Shown: one piece after another, positions 1-15,700 of the stretch
Numbering within the stretch: position 1 is the first letter of the stretch
Layout: every line of letters begins with the position of its first letter
NCBI RefSeq assembly: GCF_009914755.1
Contig: NC_060940.1
Direction: 5' to 3' (one strand)
DNA length: 64,000 nt
Origin: the human T2T-CHM13v2.0 reference genome, Homo sapiens
Made by a program: the position numbers and the translations under genes
The notes under the pieces: generated by a model
Databases searched by the model: none
What the model was told of the DNA's origin: nothing
What the model saw: the letters and a program-made list of their open reading frames with translations, nothing else

Positions 1-649
1 TTGGATGATTCCATTCGTGTCCATTCGGTGATTTCATTACATTCCATTCGAGGATGATTCCATTCGATTCCATTCGATGATTCCATTCAATTCCATTCGA
101 TGATGATTCCATTCCAGTCCATATGATCATTCCATTTGATTTCATTCGATGATGATTCCATTCGATTCCTTTCGACGATTCCATTCTATTCCATTCGATG
201 ATGATTCCATTCGAGTCCATTCGATGATTCCATTCGAGTCCATTTAATGATTCCATTGGGTTCAATTCAATTATGATTACATTGGATTCCGTTCTATGAT
301 TCCATTCAATTCCGTTCATTGACAATTTGATTCCATTCGATGATGATTCCATTTGAGTTCATTCGATGATTCTATTCGATTCTCTTCGATGGTGATTCAA
401 TTCTATTATATTGGATGATTCCATTCGATTCCATTTGATGTTGATTCAATTCGATTCTATTCGATGATGATTCCATTGGATTTCACTTGATGATTCTATT
501 CGATTCCATTCAATGATGATTCACTTCTCGTCCATTGGATGATTCCATTTCATTCCATTCGATGATGATTCCATTCGATTCCATTCGATGATTCCATTTG
601 ATTCCATGCGACGGTGAGCAATTCGATTCAATTCCATGATGATTCTATT

Positions 650-660
650 TGATTCAATTA
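650..660 (-). promoter_or_regulatory. DUX4-type binding motif (TAATTGAATCA), first of ten homologous copies
   Basis: The + strand TGATTCAATTA reverse-complements to a match for the DUX4 consensus TAAYYBAATCA. HSATII is an established DUX4 target. Occupancy at this site is not shown by the sequence. Confidence 0.5.
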
Positions 661-1158
661 GATGATGTTTCCATTCGAATCCATTCCATGATTATTCCAT
701 TGGAATCCATTCGGCGATGATTCCATATGAGTCAATTCAATGATGATTCCATATGGGTCCGTTCGATGATAATTCCATTTGATTTCATTCGATGCTTCTA
801 TTCTATTCCAGTCGATGATGATTCCGTTGGAGTCCATACGATGATTCCATTTGATTTCATTTGATGATGATTCCATTCGATGATGATTACATTGGATTCC
901 ATTCTATGATTCCATTCAATTCCATTCGTTGATGATTCGATTCCATTCAATGATGATTCCATTTGAGTTCATTCGATGATTCTATTCGATTCCGTTCGAT
1001 GGTGATTCAATTCTATTATATTGGATGATTCCACTCGATTCCATTTGATGATTATTCCATTGGAGTCCACTTAGTGAATCCTTTAGATTCTACTCGACGA
1101 TGATTCCATTCGAGTCCATTCGATGATACCATTCAATTCCATTCGTTGATGCTTCCAT

Positions 1159-4100
1159 TCAAGTGCATTCGATGATATCATTCGATTCCATTTGATGATA
1201 ATTCCATTTGATTCCATGCGATGATTCTATTCGATTCCATTCAATGATAATTCCATTCAATTCAGTGATTCCTCTGGACTCCATTTGATGATGATTCCAT
1301 TCAATGATTCCATTCGATTCTATTCGAAAATGATTCCATTTGAATCCATTTGATGATGATTCCATTAGATTCCATTTGATGATTCCATTCGATTCCATTC
1401 GACGATGATTCCATTCGATTCCGTTTGATGATTCCATTCTATTCTATTCGATGATGATTCCATTCGATTCCATTCGATGATGATTGGATTCGATTCCATT
1501 TGATGATTTCATTTGATTCCATTCGTTAATGATTTCGATCAATTCCATTCGATGATTCCATTTGATTCCATTCGATAATGATTACATCCGAGTCCATTCG
1601 ATGATTCCCTTTGAGCCTGTTCGATAATTCCATTTGAGTCCAACCAATGATTCCATTCATTTCCATTCAATGATTCCATTCGAGTTCATTTGATCATTCC
1701 GGTAGGGTCCATTCGATGTTGATTCCATTGGAGTGCATTCGATGATTCCATTCGAGTCCATTTTAGGATTTGATTCGAGTCCTTTCGATGATTCCATTCG
1801 ATTCCACTCGATGATGATTTCATTCGAGTCCATTCGACACTTCCAATCGATTCCATTTGATGATTCCATTCGAGTCCAATTGATGATTCCATTCAATTCC
1901 ATTCGATGATGATTCCGTACGATTCCATTCTGTGATGATTCCATGTGATTGCATTCAATGATGATTCCTTTCGATTGCATTCGATTATGATTCATTTCGT
2001 GTTCATTCTATGGTTCCACAGGTTTCCATTCGTGTCCATTCCATTATTCCATTCTATTCCATTTGATGATGATTCCATTCGATTCCATTCATTGGTGATT
2101 CCACTCAATTCCATTCAATGATTCCATTCCATTTCTTTCAACAATGATTCCATTAGTTTCTAATCGATGATCCACTTGATTCCATTTGACGACGATTCCA
2201 TTCTTGTCCATTCGATGATTCCATTTGATTCCATATGATGATGATTCCATTCGATTCCATACCATGATGATTCCATTCGAGTCCATTCAATGGTGATTCC
2301 ATTCAATTCCATTCGATGATTCCTTTTGATTCCATTCGATGATGATGGCATTCGATTCCTTTCAATCATTCCCTTTGATTCCATTCAAAGGTGATTTCAT
2401 TCAAGTCCATTCGATAATTGCATTCGATTCCATTCTATGATGATTCCATTCGAGTCCATTTGATGATTCCATTCAATTCAAGTCAATGATGATTCCATTC
2501 AATTCCATTCGATGATTCCATTGGATTCCATTCGATGATGATTCCATTCAAATCCATTCGATAATTCAATTCAAGTCCATTCGATGATGATTCCAATCGA
2601 ATCCATTCAAAGATTCCATTCAGTTCCATTCGATGATTCCCTTAGATTCCATTCGATGATTCCACTTGATTGCATTTACGATGATTCCATTCGATTCCAT
2701 GTGATGATTCCATTCAATTCTATTCAATGATGTCTCCATTTGATTCCATTCGACCATGATTGCCTTTGATTCCATTCAATGATTCCATTCGGTTCCGTTT
2801 GATGATGATTCCGTTCGATTCCATTTGATGATTCCATTTGATTCCATTGGATGAGTCCATTCGATTACATTCGATGATTATTCCATTCGAGTGCATTAGA
2901 TGATTCCATTCGAGTCCATTCGATGTTGATTCTGTTCAAATCCATTCGATGATTCCACTCGATTCCATTCGTTGACTCCATTTGATCCCATTCGATGATT
3001 TCCTTTGATTCCCTTTGATGATCATTCCATTTGATTCAATTCGGTGATTTCATTTGATTCCATTCAGTGATGTTTCCATTCGACTCCATTCGATGATGAT
3101 TCCATTCGACTCCATTCGATTATGATTTCATTCAATTCCATTCGATAATGATTCCCTTCGAGTCCATTCGATGATTCCATTCGATTCCATTCAACGATGA
3201 TTTGATTCGTGTCCATTCGATGATTCCATTTGATTCCACTTGATGATGATTCCATTCGAGTCCATTTGATGATTCCATTCAATTCCATACTCCGATGATT
3301 TCTTTTGAGCCCACTCAATGCTTCCACTCGATTCCATATGATGATGACTCCATTCGATGAAATTCGATGATGATTCCATTCGCTTGCTTTCGATGATGAT
3401 TCCACTTGAGTCCGTTAGAAGATTCTATTCAATTACATTCCAGGACGATTCCGTTCGAGTCCATTTGATGATTCCATTAGACTCCATTCGACGATGATTC
3501 CATTCGATGTTATTCGATGATTCCATTCGATCTCATTCGATGATGATTCCATTCAACTCCATTCGATGTTTCCATTCGAGTTCATTCTATTATTCCATTA
3601 GATTCCATTCGATGATGATTCCATTCGATTCCATTTGATGATTGCATTCTATTTCATTTGATGATGATTCCATTCGAGTCCACTCGATGATTCCATTCGA
3701 GTCCATTTAATGAATCCATTGGTTTCAATTCTATGATGATTACATTGGATTCCATTCGTTGATGATTTCATTCGGTTCCATTCAATGATGATTCCATTCA
3801 ATTCCTTTCAATGTTTCCATTCAATTCCATACGATGATGATTCCATTTGATTTGATTCGACAGTGAGCCATTCGATTCAATTCCATGATGATTCTATTTG
3901 ATTCAATTGGTTGACATTTCCATTCGATTCCATTCGATGATGATTCCCTTTGATTCCGTTCCAAGATGATTCCATTCTAGCCCATTCAATCATTCCATTC
4001 GATTCTATTCAATGATGATTCCATTCATGTCGATTTGGTGATTCCATTTGACTTCATTTGATGATGATTCCTTTCAAGTTCATTAGATGATTCCATTCGA

Positions 4101-7100
4101 TTCCATTTGATGATGATCCCATTCGAGTCCATTCAGTGATTCCATTCGTTTCCATTCCATGATGATTCCATTCCTTTCCATTCAATGATTCCATTCGATT
4201 CCGTTTGATGATGATTTCATTCGAGTCCATTTGATGATTCCATTTGATTCCATTCGATGATGATTCCATTCGAGTCCATTCGATGATTCTATTCGAATCC
4301 ATTTGATGATTTCTTTTGATTATATTTGGTGATGATTCCATTGGAGTCCATTCAATGATTCCATTCTATTCCAATCGATGATGATTCCATTAGAGTCCAT
4401 TTAATGATTCCATTTGATTCCAGTCTCTGATGATTACATTCGAGTCCATACGATGATTCCACTCAATTCCATATGATGATGATTCCATTTGATTCCATTC
4501 GGTGATTCCATTCTATTCTATTCAATGGTGATTCCATTCGAGTACATTAGATGATTCCATTCGATTCCATTCAATGATGATTCTATTTGTGTCCCTTAGA
4601 TGATTCCACATGATTCCATTAGATGATGATACTATTTGAGCCCATCCAATGATTCCCTTCGATTCCATTCGATGAGGATTCCATTCGATTCAATTCATTG
4701 GTGATTCTATTCAATTCAATTCTTTGATTCCATTCCATTCCATTCGACAATGATTCCATTCGATTACTTTCGATGATTCCACTCGATTCCACTTGACATT
4801 GATTCCATTCGATTCCATTCAATGATTCCATTTGATTCCAGTGGATGATGATTGCCATCGATTCCATTCGATCACTCCATTCTATTCCATTTGATGATGA
4901 TTACATTCGATTCCATTTGATGATTCCATCTGATTCTATTCGAGGATTCCATTTGATTCCATTCGATGATGATTCCATTCGAGTGCATTCGATGATTTCA
5001 TTCGAGTACATCCAATGATTCCATTCGAGTCCATTAGATGATTCCATTTGATTCCATTTGAAAATGATTCTACTAGAGTCCATTCAATGACTCCATTCGA
5101 GTCCATTCAACAATTCCATTCGACTCCATTCGATGATTCCATTCGATTCCATTTGATGGTACCATTCGAGTCCATTTAATCATTACAGTCGAGTCCATTT
5201 GGTGATTCCACTGGATTTCTTTTGATAATGATACCATTCAATTACATTTGATGATGATCCCATTCAACTTCATTTGATGATGATTCCATTAGAGTCCATT
5301 CGATGATTTCATTCGAGTCCCTTCATTGATTCCATCCGATTTCATTGGATGATGACTCCATTCGAGTCCATTCGATGATTCCACTCGATTCCATTAGATG
5401 ACTCCATTGGAGTCCATTTGATTGTTCCATTCGATTCCATTCGATTCCTTTCGAAGATTATTCCATTTGAGTCCATTCGATGATGATTCCATTCCATTCC
5501 ATTCGATGATTCCGTTTGATTCCATTCGATGATTCCCTTCGATTCCTTTCTTTGATGATTCCATTCCATTCCATTCAATGATTCCATTCGAATCTATTCC
5601 ATGATGATTCCTTTCGATTCCATTCGCTGATGTTTCCGTTCAATTCCATTCGATGATGATTCCATTCGATTCCATTCATTGAGGATTCCATTTGATTCCA
5701 TTCAATGATGATTCCATTCTATTCCATTCAATGATTGCATTCAATTCCATTCAATGATTATCCCATTAGAGTAAACTCAACGATTCCATTCAATACCATT
5801 CGATGATGATTCCTTTTGAGTCCATTCAATGATTTCATTCAAGTCCATTTGATGATTCCTTTCAATTCCATTCTATGATGATTCCATTCGAGTCCATTCG
5901 ATGATTCCATTCGATTGCATTCGATGATTCCATTATATTCCATTCAACGGTGATTCCATTCGAGTCCATTCCATGATTCCATTAGAGTACATTTAATGAT
6001 TGCTTTGTTTTCAATTCGAAGATGATTACATTGGATTCCATTCTATGATACCATTCGATTCCATTCAATGATGATTCCACTCAAATCCATTGGATGATTC
6101 CATTCGTGTCCATTCGGTGATTTCATTAGATTCCATTCGAGGATGATTCCATTCAATTCCATTCGATGATGATTCCATTCCAGTCCATATGATCATTCCA
6201 TTTGATTTCATTCGATGATGATTCCATTCGATTCCTTTCGACGATTCCATTCTATTCCATTCGATGATGATTCCATTCGAGTCCATTCGATGATTCCATT
6301 CGAGTCCATTTAATGATTCCATTGGGTTCAATTCAATTATGATTACATTGGATTCCGTTCTATGATTCCATTCAATTCCGTTCATTGACAATTTGATTCC
6401 ATTCGATGATGATTCCATTTGAGTTCATTCGATGATTCTATTCGATTCTCTTCGATGGTGATTCAATTCTATTATATTGGATGATTCCACTCGATTCCAT
6501 TTGATGATTATTCCATTGGAGTCCACTTAGTGAATCCTTTAGATTCTACTCGACGATGATTCCATTCGAGTCCATTCGATGATACCATTCAATTCCATTC
6601 GTTGATGCTTCCATTCAAGTGCATTCGATGATATCATTCGATTCCATTTGATGATAATTCCATTTGATTCCATGCGATGATTCTATTCGATTCCATTCAA
6701 TGATAATTCCATTCAATTCAGTGATTCCTCTGGACTCCATTTGATGATGATTCCATTCAATGATTCCATTCGATTCTATTCGAAAATGATTCCATTTGAA
6801 CCCATTTGATGATGATTCCATTAGATTCCATTTGATGATTCCATTCGATTCCATTCGACGATGATTCCATTCGATTCCGTTTGATGATTCCATTCTATTC
6901 TATTCGACGATGATTCCATTCGATTCCATTTGATGTTGATTCAATTCGATTCTATTCGATGATGATTCCATTGGATTTCACTTGATGATTCTATTCGATT
7001 CCATTCAATGATGATTCACTTCTCGTCCATTGGATGATTCCATTTCATTCCATTCGATGATGATTCCATTCGATTCCATTCGATGATTCCATTTGATTCC

Positions 7101-7653
7101 ATGCGACGGTGAGCAATTCGATTCAATTCCATGATGATTCTATTTGATTCAATTAGATGATGTTTCCATTCGAATCCATTCCATGATTATTCCATTGGAA
7201 TCCATTCGGCGATGATTCCATATGAGTCAATTCAATGATGATTCCATATGGGTCCGTTCGATGATAATTCCATTTGATTTCATTCGATGCTTCTCTTCTA
7301 TTCCAGTCGATGATGATTCCATTGGAGTCCATACGATGATTCCATTTGATTTCATTTGATGATGATTCCATTCGATGATGATTACATTGGATTCCATTCT
7401 ATGATTCCATTCAATTCCATTCGTTGATGATTCGATTCCATTCAATGATGATTCCATTTGAGTTCATTCGATGATTCTATTCGATTCCGTTCGATGGTGA
7501 CTCAATTCTATTATACTGGATGATTCCAGTCGATTCCATTTGATGATTATTCCATTGGAGTCCACTTAGTGAATCCTTTAGATTCTACTCGACGATGATT
7601 CCATTCGAGTCCATTCGATGATACCATTCAATTCCATTCGTTGATGCTTCCAT
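1159..7653 (+). repeat. HOR copy 1 (6,495 bp = 6,112 -23 -23 +429)
   Basis: Phased on the anchor TCAAGTGCATTCGATGATATCATTCG, which starts at 1159 and 7654. There are 23-bp deletions near 2915 and 6150 and a 429-bp insertion near 6490-6918. Confidence 0.88.
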
Positions 7654-10600
7654 TCAAGTGCATTCGATGATATCATTCGATTCCATTTGATGATAATTCC
7701 ATTTGATTCCATGCGATGATTCTATTCGATTCCATTCAATGATAATTCCATTCAATTCAGTGATTCCTCTGGACTCCATTTGATGATGATTCCATTCAAT
7801 GATTCCATTCGATTCTATTCGAAAATGATTCCATTTGAATCCATTTGATGATGATTCCATTAGATTCCATTTGATGATTCCATTCGATTCCATTCGACGA
7901 TGATTCCATTCGATTCCGTTTGATGATTCCATTCTATTCTATTCGATGATGATTCCATTCGATTCCATTCGATGATGATTGGATTCGATTCCATTGGATG
8001 ATTTCATTTGATTCCATTCGTTAATGATTTCGATCAATTCCATTCGATGATTCCATTCGATTCCATTCGATAATGATTACATCCGAGTCCATTCGATGAT
8101 TCCATTGGAGCCCGTTCGATAATTCCATTTGAGTCCAACCAATGATTCCATTCATTTCCATTCAATGATTCCATTCGAGTCCATTTGATCATTCCGGTAG
8201 GGTCCATTCGATGTTGATTCCATTGGAGTGCATTCGATGATTCCATTCGAGTCCATTTTAGGATTTGATTCGAGTCCTTTCGATGATTCCATTCGATTCC
8301 ACTCGATGATGATTTCATTCGAGTCCATTCGACACTTCCAATCGATTCCATTTGATGATTCCATTCGAGTCCAATTGATGATTCCATTCAATTCCATTCG
8401 ATGATGATTCCGTACGATTCCATTCTGTGATGATTCCATGTGATTGCATTCAATGATGATTCCTTTCGATTGCATTCGATTATGATTCATTTCGTGTTCA
8501 TTCTATGGTTCCACAGGTTTCCATTCGTGTCCATTCCATTATTCCATTCTATTCCATTTGATGATGATTCCATTCGATTCCATTCATTGGTGATTCCACT
8601 CAATTCCATTCAATGATTCCATTCCATTTCTTTCAACAATGATTCCATTAGTTTCTAATCGATGATCCACTTGATTCCATTTGACGACGATTCCATTCTT
8701 GTCCGTTCGATGATTCCATTTGATTCCATATGATGATGATTCCATTCGATCCCATACCATGATGATTCCATTCGAGTCCATTCAATGGTGATTCCATTCA
8801 ATTCCATTCGATGATTCCTTTCGATTCCATTCGATGATGATGGCATTCGATTCCTTTCAATCATTCCCTTTGATTCCATTCAAAGGTGATTTCATTCAAG
8901 TCCATTCGATAATTGCATTCGATTCCATTCTATGATGATTCCATTCGAGTCCATTTGATGATTCCATTCAATTCAAGTCAATGATGATTCCATTCGATTC
9001 CATTCGATGATTCCATTCGATTCCATTCGATGATGATTCCATTCAAATCCATTCGATAATTCAATTCAAGTCCATTCGATGATGATTCCAATCGAATCCA
9101 TTCAAAGATTCCATTCAGTTCCATTCGATGATTCCCTTAGATTCCATTCGATGATTCCACTTGATTCCATTTACGATGATTCCATTCGATTCCATGTGAT
9201 GATTCCATTCAATTCTATTCAATGATGTCTCCATTTGATTCCATTCGACCATGATTGCCTTTGATTCCATTCAATGATTCCATTCGGTTCCGTTTGATGA
9301 TGATTCCGTTCGATTCCATTTGATGATTCCATTTGATTCCATTGGATGAGTCCATTCGATTACATTCGATGATTATTCCATTCGAGTGCATTAGATGATT
9401 CCATTCGAGTCCATTCGATGATTCCATTCGATTCCATTCGATGTTGATTCTGTTCAAATCCATTCGATGATTCCACTCGATTCCATTCGTTGACTCCATT
9501 TGATCCCATTCGATGATTTCCTTTGATTCCCTTTGATGATCATTCCATTTGATTCAATTCGGTGATTTCATTTGATTCCATTCAGTGATGTTTCCATTCG
9601 ACTCCATTCGATGATGATTCCATTCGACTCCATTCGATTATGATTTCATTCAATTCCATTCGATAATGATTCCCTTCGAGTCCATTCGATGATTCCATTC
9701 GATTCCATTCAACGATGATTTGATTCGTGTCCATTCGATGATTCCATTTGATTCCACTTGATGATGATTCCATTCGAGTCCATTTGATGATTCCATTCAA
9801 TTCCATACTCCGATGATTTCTTTTGAGCCCACTCAATGCTTCCACTCGATTCCATATGATGATGACTCCATTCGATGAAATTCGATGATGATTCCATTCG
9901 CTTGCTTTCGATGATGATTCCACTTGAGTCCGTTAGAAGATTCTATTCAATTACATTCCATGACGATTCCGTTCGAGTCCATTTGATGATTCCATTAGAC
10001 TCCATTCGACGATGATTCCATTCGATGTTATTCCATGATTCCATTCGATCTCATTCGATGATGATTCCATTCAACTCCATTCGATGTTTCCATTCGAGTT
10101 CATTCTATTATTCCATTAGATTCCATTCGATGATGATTCCATTCGATTCCATTTGATGATTGCATTCTATTTCATTTGATGATGATTCCATTCGAGTCCA
10201 CTCGATGATTCCATTCGAGTCCATTTAATGAATCCATTGGTTTCAATTCTATGATGATTACATTGGATTCCATTCGTTGATGATTTCATTCGGTTCCATT
10301 CAATGATGATTCCATTCAATTCCTTTCAATGTTTCCATTCAATTCCATACGATGATGATTCCATTTGATTTGATTCGACAGTGAGCCATTCGATTCAATT
10401 CCATGATGATTCTATTTGATTCAATTGGTTGACATTTCCATTCGATTCCATTCGATGATGATTCCCTTTGATTCCGTTCCAAGATGATTCCATTCTAGCT
10501 CATTCAATCATTCCATTCGATTCTATTCAATGATGATTCCATTCATGTCGATTTGGTGATTCCATTTGACTTCATTTGATGATGATTCCTTTCAAGTTCA

Positions 10601-12794
10601 TTAGATGATTCCATTCGATTCCATTTGATGATGATCCCATTCGAGTCCATTCAGTGATTCCATTCGTTTCCATTCCATGATGATTCCATTCCTTTCCATT
10701 CAATGATTCCATTCGATTCCGTTTGATGATGATTTCATTCGAGTCCATTTGATGATTCCATTTGATTCCATTCGATGATGATTCCATTCGAGTCCATTCG
10801 ATGATTCTATTCGAATCCATTTGATGATTTCTTTTGATTATATTTGGTGATGATTCCATTGGAGTCCATTCAATGATTCCATCCGATTTCATTTGATGAT
10901 GACTCCATTCGAGTCCATTCGATGATTCCACTCGATTCCATTAGATGATTCCATTGGAGTCCATTTGATTGTTCCATTCGATTCCATTCGATTCCTTTCG
11001 AAGATTATTCCATTTGAGTCCATTCGATGATGATTCCATTCCATTCCATTCGATGATTCCGTTTGATTCCATTCGATGATTCCCTTCGTTTCCTTTCTTT
11101 GATGATTTCATTCCATTCCATTCAATGATTCCATTCGAATCTATTCCATGATGATTCCTTTCGATTCCATTCGCTGATGTTTCCGTTCAATTCCATTCGA
11201 TGATGATTCCATTCGATTCCATTCATTGAGGATTCCATTTGATTCCATTCAATGATGATTCCATTCTATTCCATTCAATGATTGCATTCAATTCCATTCA
11301 ATGATTATCCCATTAGAGTAAACTCAACGATTCCATTCAATACCATTCGATGATGACTCCTTTTGAGTCCATTCAATGATTTCATTCAAGTCCATTTGAT
11401 GATTCCTTTCAATTCCATTCTATGATGATTCCATTCGAGTCCATTCGATGATTCCATTCGATTGCATTCGATGATTCCATTATATTCCATTCAACGGTGA
11501 TTCCATTCGAGTCCATTCCATGATTCCATTAGAGTTCATTTAATGATTGCTTTGTTTTCAATTCGAAGATGATTACATTGGATTCCATTCTATGATACCA
11601 TTCGATTCCATTCAATGATGATTCCACTCAAATCCATTGGATGATTCCATTCGTGTCCATTCGGTGATTTCATTAGATTCCATTCGAGGATGATTCCATT
11701 CGATTCCATTCGATGATTCCATTCAATTCCATTCGATGATGATTCCATTCCAGTCCATATGATCATTCCATTTGATTTCATTCGATGATGATTCCATTCG
11801 ATTCCATTCGATGATTCCATTCTATTCCATTCGATGATGATTCCATTCGAGTCCATTCGATGATTCCATTCGAGTCCATTTAATGATTCCATTGGGTTCA
11901 ATTCAATGATGATTACATTGGATTCCGTTCTATGATTCCATTCAATTCCATTCATTGACAATTTGATTCCATTCGATGATGATTCCATTTGAGTTCATTC
12001 GATGATTCTATTCGATTCTCTTCGATGGTGATTCAATTCTATTATATTGGATGATTCCATTCGATTCCATTTGATGTTGATTCAATTCGATTCTATTCGA
12101 TGATGATTCCATTGGATTTCACTTGATGATTCTATTCGATTCCATTCAATGATGATTCACTTCTCGTCCATTGGATGATTCCATTTCATTCCATTCGATG
12201 ATGATTCCATTCGATTCCATTCGATGATTCCATTTGATTCCATGCGACGGTGAGCAATTCGATTCAATTCCATGATGATTCTATTTGATTCAATTAGATG
12301 ATGTTTCCATTCGAATCCATTCCATGATTATTCCATTGGAATCCATTCGGCGATGATTCCATATGAGTCAATTCAATGATGATTCCATATGGGTCCGTTC
12401 GATGATAATTCCATTTGATTTCATTCCATGCTTCTATTCTATTCCAGTCGATGATGATTCCATTGGAGTCCATACGATGATTCCATTTGATTTCATTTGA
12501 TGATGATTCCATTCGATGATGATTACATTGGATTCCATTCTATGATTCCATTCAATTCCATTCGTTGATGATTCGATTCCATTCAATGATGATTCCATTT
12601 GAGTTCATTCGATGATTCTATTCGATTCCGTTCGATGGTGACTCAATTCTATTATACTGGATGATTCCAGTCGATTCCATTTGATGATTATTCCATTGGA
12701 GTCCACTTAGTGAATCCTTTAGATTCTACTCGACGATGATTCCATTCGAGTCCATTCGATGATACCATTCAATTCCATTCGTTGATGCTTCCAT
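7654..12794 (+). repeat. HOR copy 2 (5,141 bp = 6,112 -971)
   Basis: Anchor at 7654 and 12795. A single deletion junction lies near 10875-10885. Confidence 0.9.
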
Positions 12795-15700
12795 TCAAGT
12801 GCATTCGATGATATCATTCGATTCCATTTGATGATAATTCCATTTGATTCCATGCGATGATTCTATTCGATTCCATTCAATGATAATTCCATTCAATTCA
12901 GTGATTCCTCTGGACTCCATTTGATGATGATTCCATTCAATGATTCCATTCGATTCTATTCGAAAATGATTCCATTTGAATCCATTTGATGATGATTCCA
13001 TTAGATTCCATTTGATGATTCCATTCGATTCCATTCGACGATGATTCCATTCGATTCCGTTTGATGATTCCATTCTATTCTATTCGATGATGATTCCATT
13101 CGATTCCATTCGATGATGATTGGATTCGATTCCATTGGATGATTTCATTTGATTCCATTCGTTAATGATTTCGATCAATTCCATTCGATGATTCCATTCG
13201 ATTCCATTCGATAATGATTACATCCGAGTCCATTCGATGATTCCATTGGAGCCCGTTCGATAATTCCATTTGAGTCCAACCAATGATTCCATTCATTTCC
13301 ATTCAATGATTCCATTCGAGTCCATTTGATCATTCCGGTAGGGTCCATTCGATGTTGATTCCATTGGAGTGCATTCGATGATTCCATTCGAGTCCATTTT
13401 AGGATTTGATTCGAGTCCTTTCGATGATTCCATTCGATTCCACTCGATGATGATTTCATTCGAGTCCATTCGACACTTCCAATCGATTCCATTTGATGAT
13501 TCCATTCGAGTCCAATTGATGATTCCATTCAATTCCATTCGATGATGATTCCGTACGATTCCATTCTGTGATGATTCCATGTGATTGCATTCAATGATGA
13601 TTCCTTTCGATTGCATTCGATTATGATTCATTTCGTGTTCATTCTATGGTTCCACAGGTTTCCATTCGTGTCCATTCCATTATTCCATTCTATTCCATTT
13701 GATGATGATTCCATTCGATTCCATTCATTGGTGATTCCACTCAATTCCATTCAATGATTCCATTCCATTTCTTTCAACAATGATTCCATTAGTTTCTAAT
13801 CGATGATCCACTTGATTCCATTTGACGACGATTCCATTCTTGTCCGTTCGATGATTCCATTTGATTCCATATGATGATGATTCCATTCGATCCCATACCA
13901 TGATGATTCCATTCGAGTCCATTCAATGGTGATTCCATTCAATTCCATTCGATGATTCCTTTCGATTCCATTCGATGATGATGGCATTCGATTCCTTTCA
14001 ATCATTCCCTTTGATTCCATTCAAAGGTGATTTCATTCAAGTCCATTCGATAATTGCATTCGATTCCATTCTATGATGATTCCATTCGAGTCCATTTGAT
14101 GATTCCATTCAATTCAAGTCAATGATGATTCCATTCGATTCCATTCGATGATTCCATTCGATTCCATTCGATGATGATTCCATTCAAATCCATTCGATAA
14201 TTCAATTCAAGTCCATTCGATGATGATTCCAATCGAATCCATTCAAAGATTCCATTCAGTTCCATTCGATGATTCCCTTAGATTCCATTCGATGATTCCA
14301 CTTGATTCCATTTACGATGATTCCATTCGATTCCATGTGATGATTCCATTCAATTCTATTCAATGATGTCTCCATTTGATTCCATTCGACCATGATTGCC
14401 TTTGATTCCATTCAATGATTCCATTCGGTTCCGTTTGATGATGATTCCGTTCGATTCCATTTGATGATTCCATTTGATTCCATTGGATGAGTCCATTCGA
14501 TTACATTCGATGATTATTCCATTCGAGTGCATTAGATGATTCCATTCGAGTCCATTCGATGATTCCATTCGATTCCATTCGATGTTGATTCTGTTCAAAT
14601 CCATTCGATGATTCCACTCGATTCCATTCGTTGACTCCATTTGATCCCATTCGATGATTTCCTTTGATTCCCTTTGATGATCATTCCATTTGATTCAATT
14701 CGGTGATTTCATTTGATTCCATTCAGTGATGTTTCCATTCGACTCCATTCGATGATGATTCCATTCGACTCCATTCGATTATGATTTCATTCAATTCCAT
14801 TCGATAATGATTCCCTTCGAGTCCATTCGATGATTCCATTCGATTCCATTCAACGATGATTTGATTCGTGTCCATTCGATGATTCCATTTGATTCCACTT
14901 GATGATGATTCCATTCGAGTCCATTTGATGATTCCATTCAATTCCATACTCCGATGATTTCTTTTGAGCCCACTCAATGCTTCCACTCGATTCCATATGA
15001 TGATGACTCCATTCGATGAAATTCGATGATGATTCCATTCGCTTGCTTTCGATGATGATTCCACTTGAGTCCGTTAGAAGATTCTATTCAATTACATTCC
15101 AGGACGATTCCGTTCGAGTCCATTTGATGATTCCATTAGACTCCATTCGACGATGATTCCATTCGATGTTATTCGATGATTCCATTCGATCTCATTCGAT
15201 GATGATTCCATTCAACTCCATTCGATGTTTCCATTCGAGTTCATTCTATTATTCCATTAGATTCCATTCGATGATGATTCCATTCGATTCCATTTAATGA
15301 TTGCATTCTATTTCATTTGATGATGATTCCATTCGAGTCCACTCGATGATTCCATTCGAGTCCATTTAATGAATCCATTGGTTTCAATTCTATGATGATT
15401 ACATTGGATTCCATTCGTTGATGATTTCATTCGGTTCCATTCAATGATGATTCCATTCAATTCCTTTCAATGTTTCCATTCAATTCCATACGATGATGAT
15501 TCCATTTGATTTGATTCGACAGTGAGCCATTCGATTCAATTCCATGACGATTCTATTTGATTCAATTGGTTGACATTTCCATTCGATTCCATTCGATGAT
15601 GATTCCCTTTGATTCCGTTCAAAGATGATTCCATTCTAGCCCATTCAATCATTCCATTCGATTCTATTCAATGATGATTCCATTCATGTCGATTTGGTGA

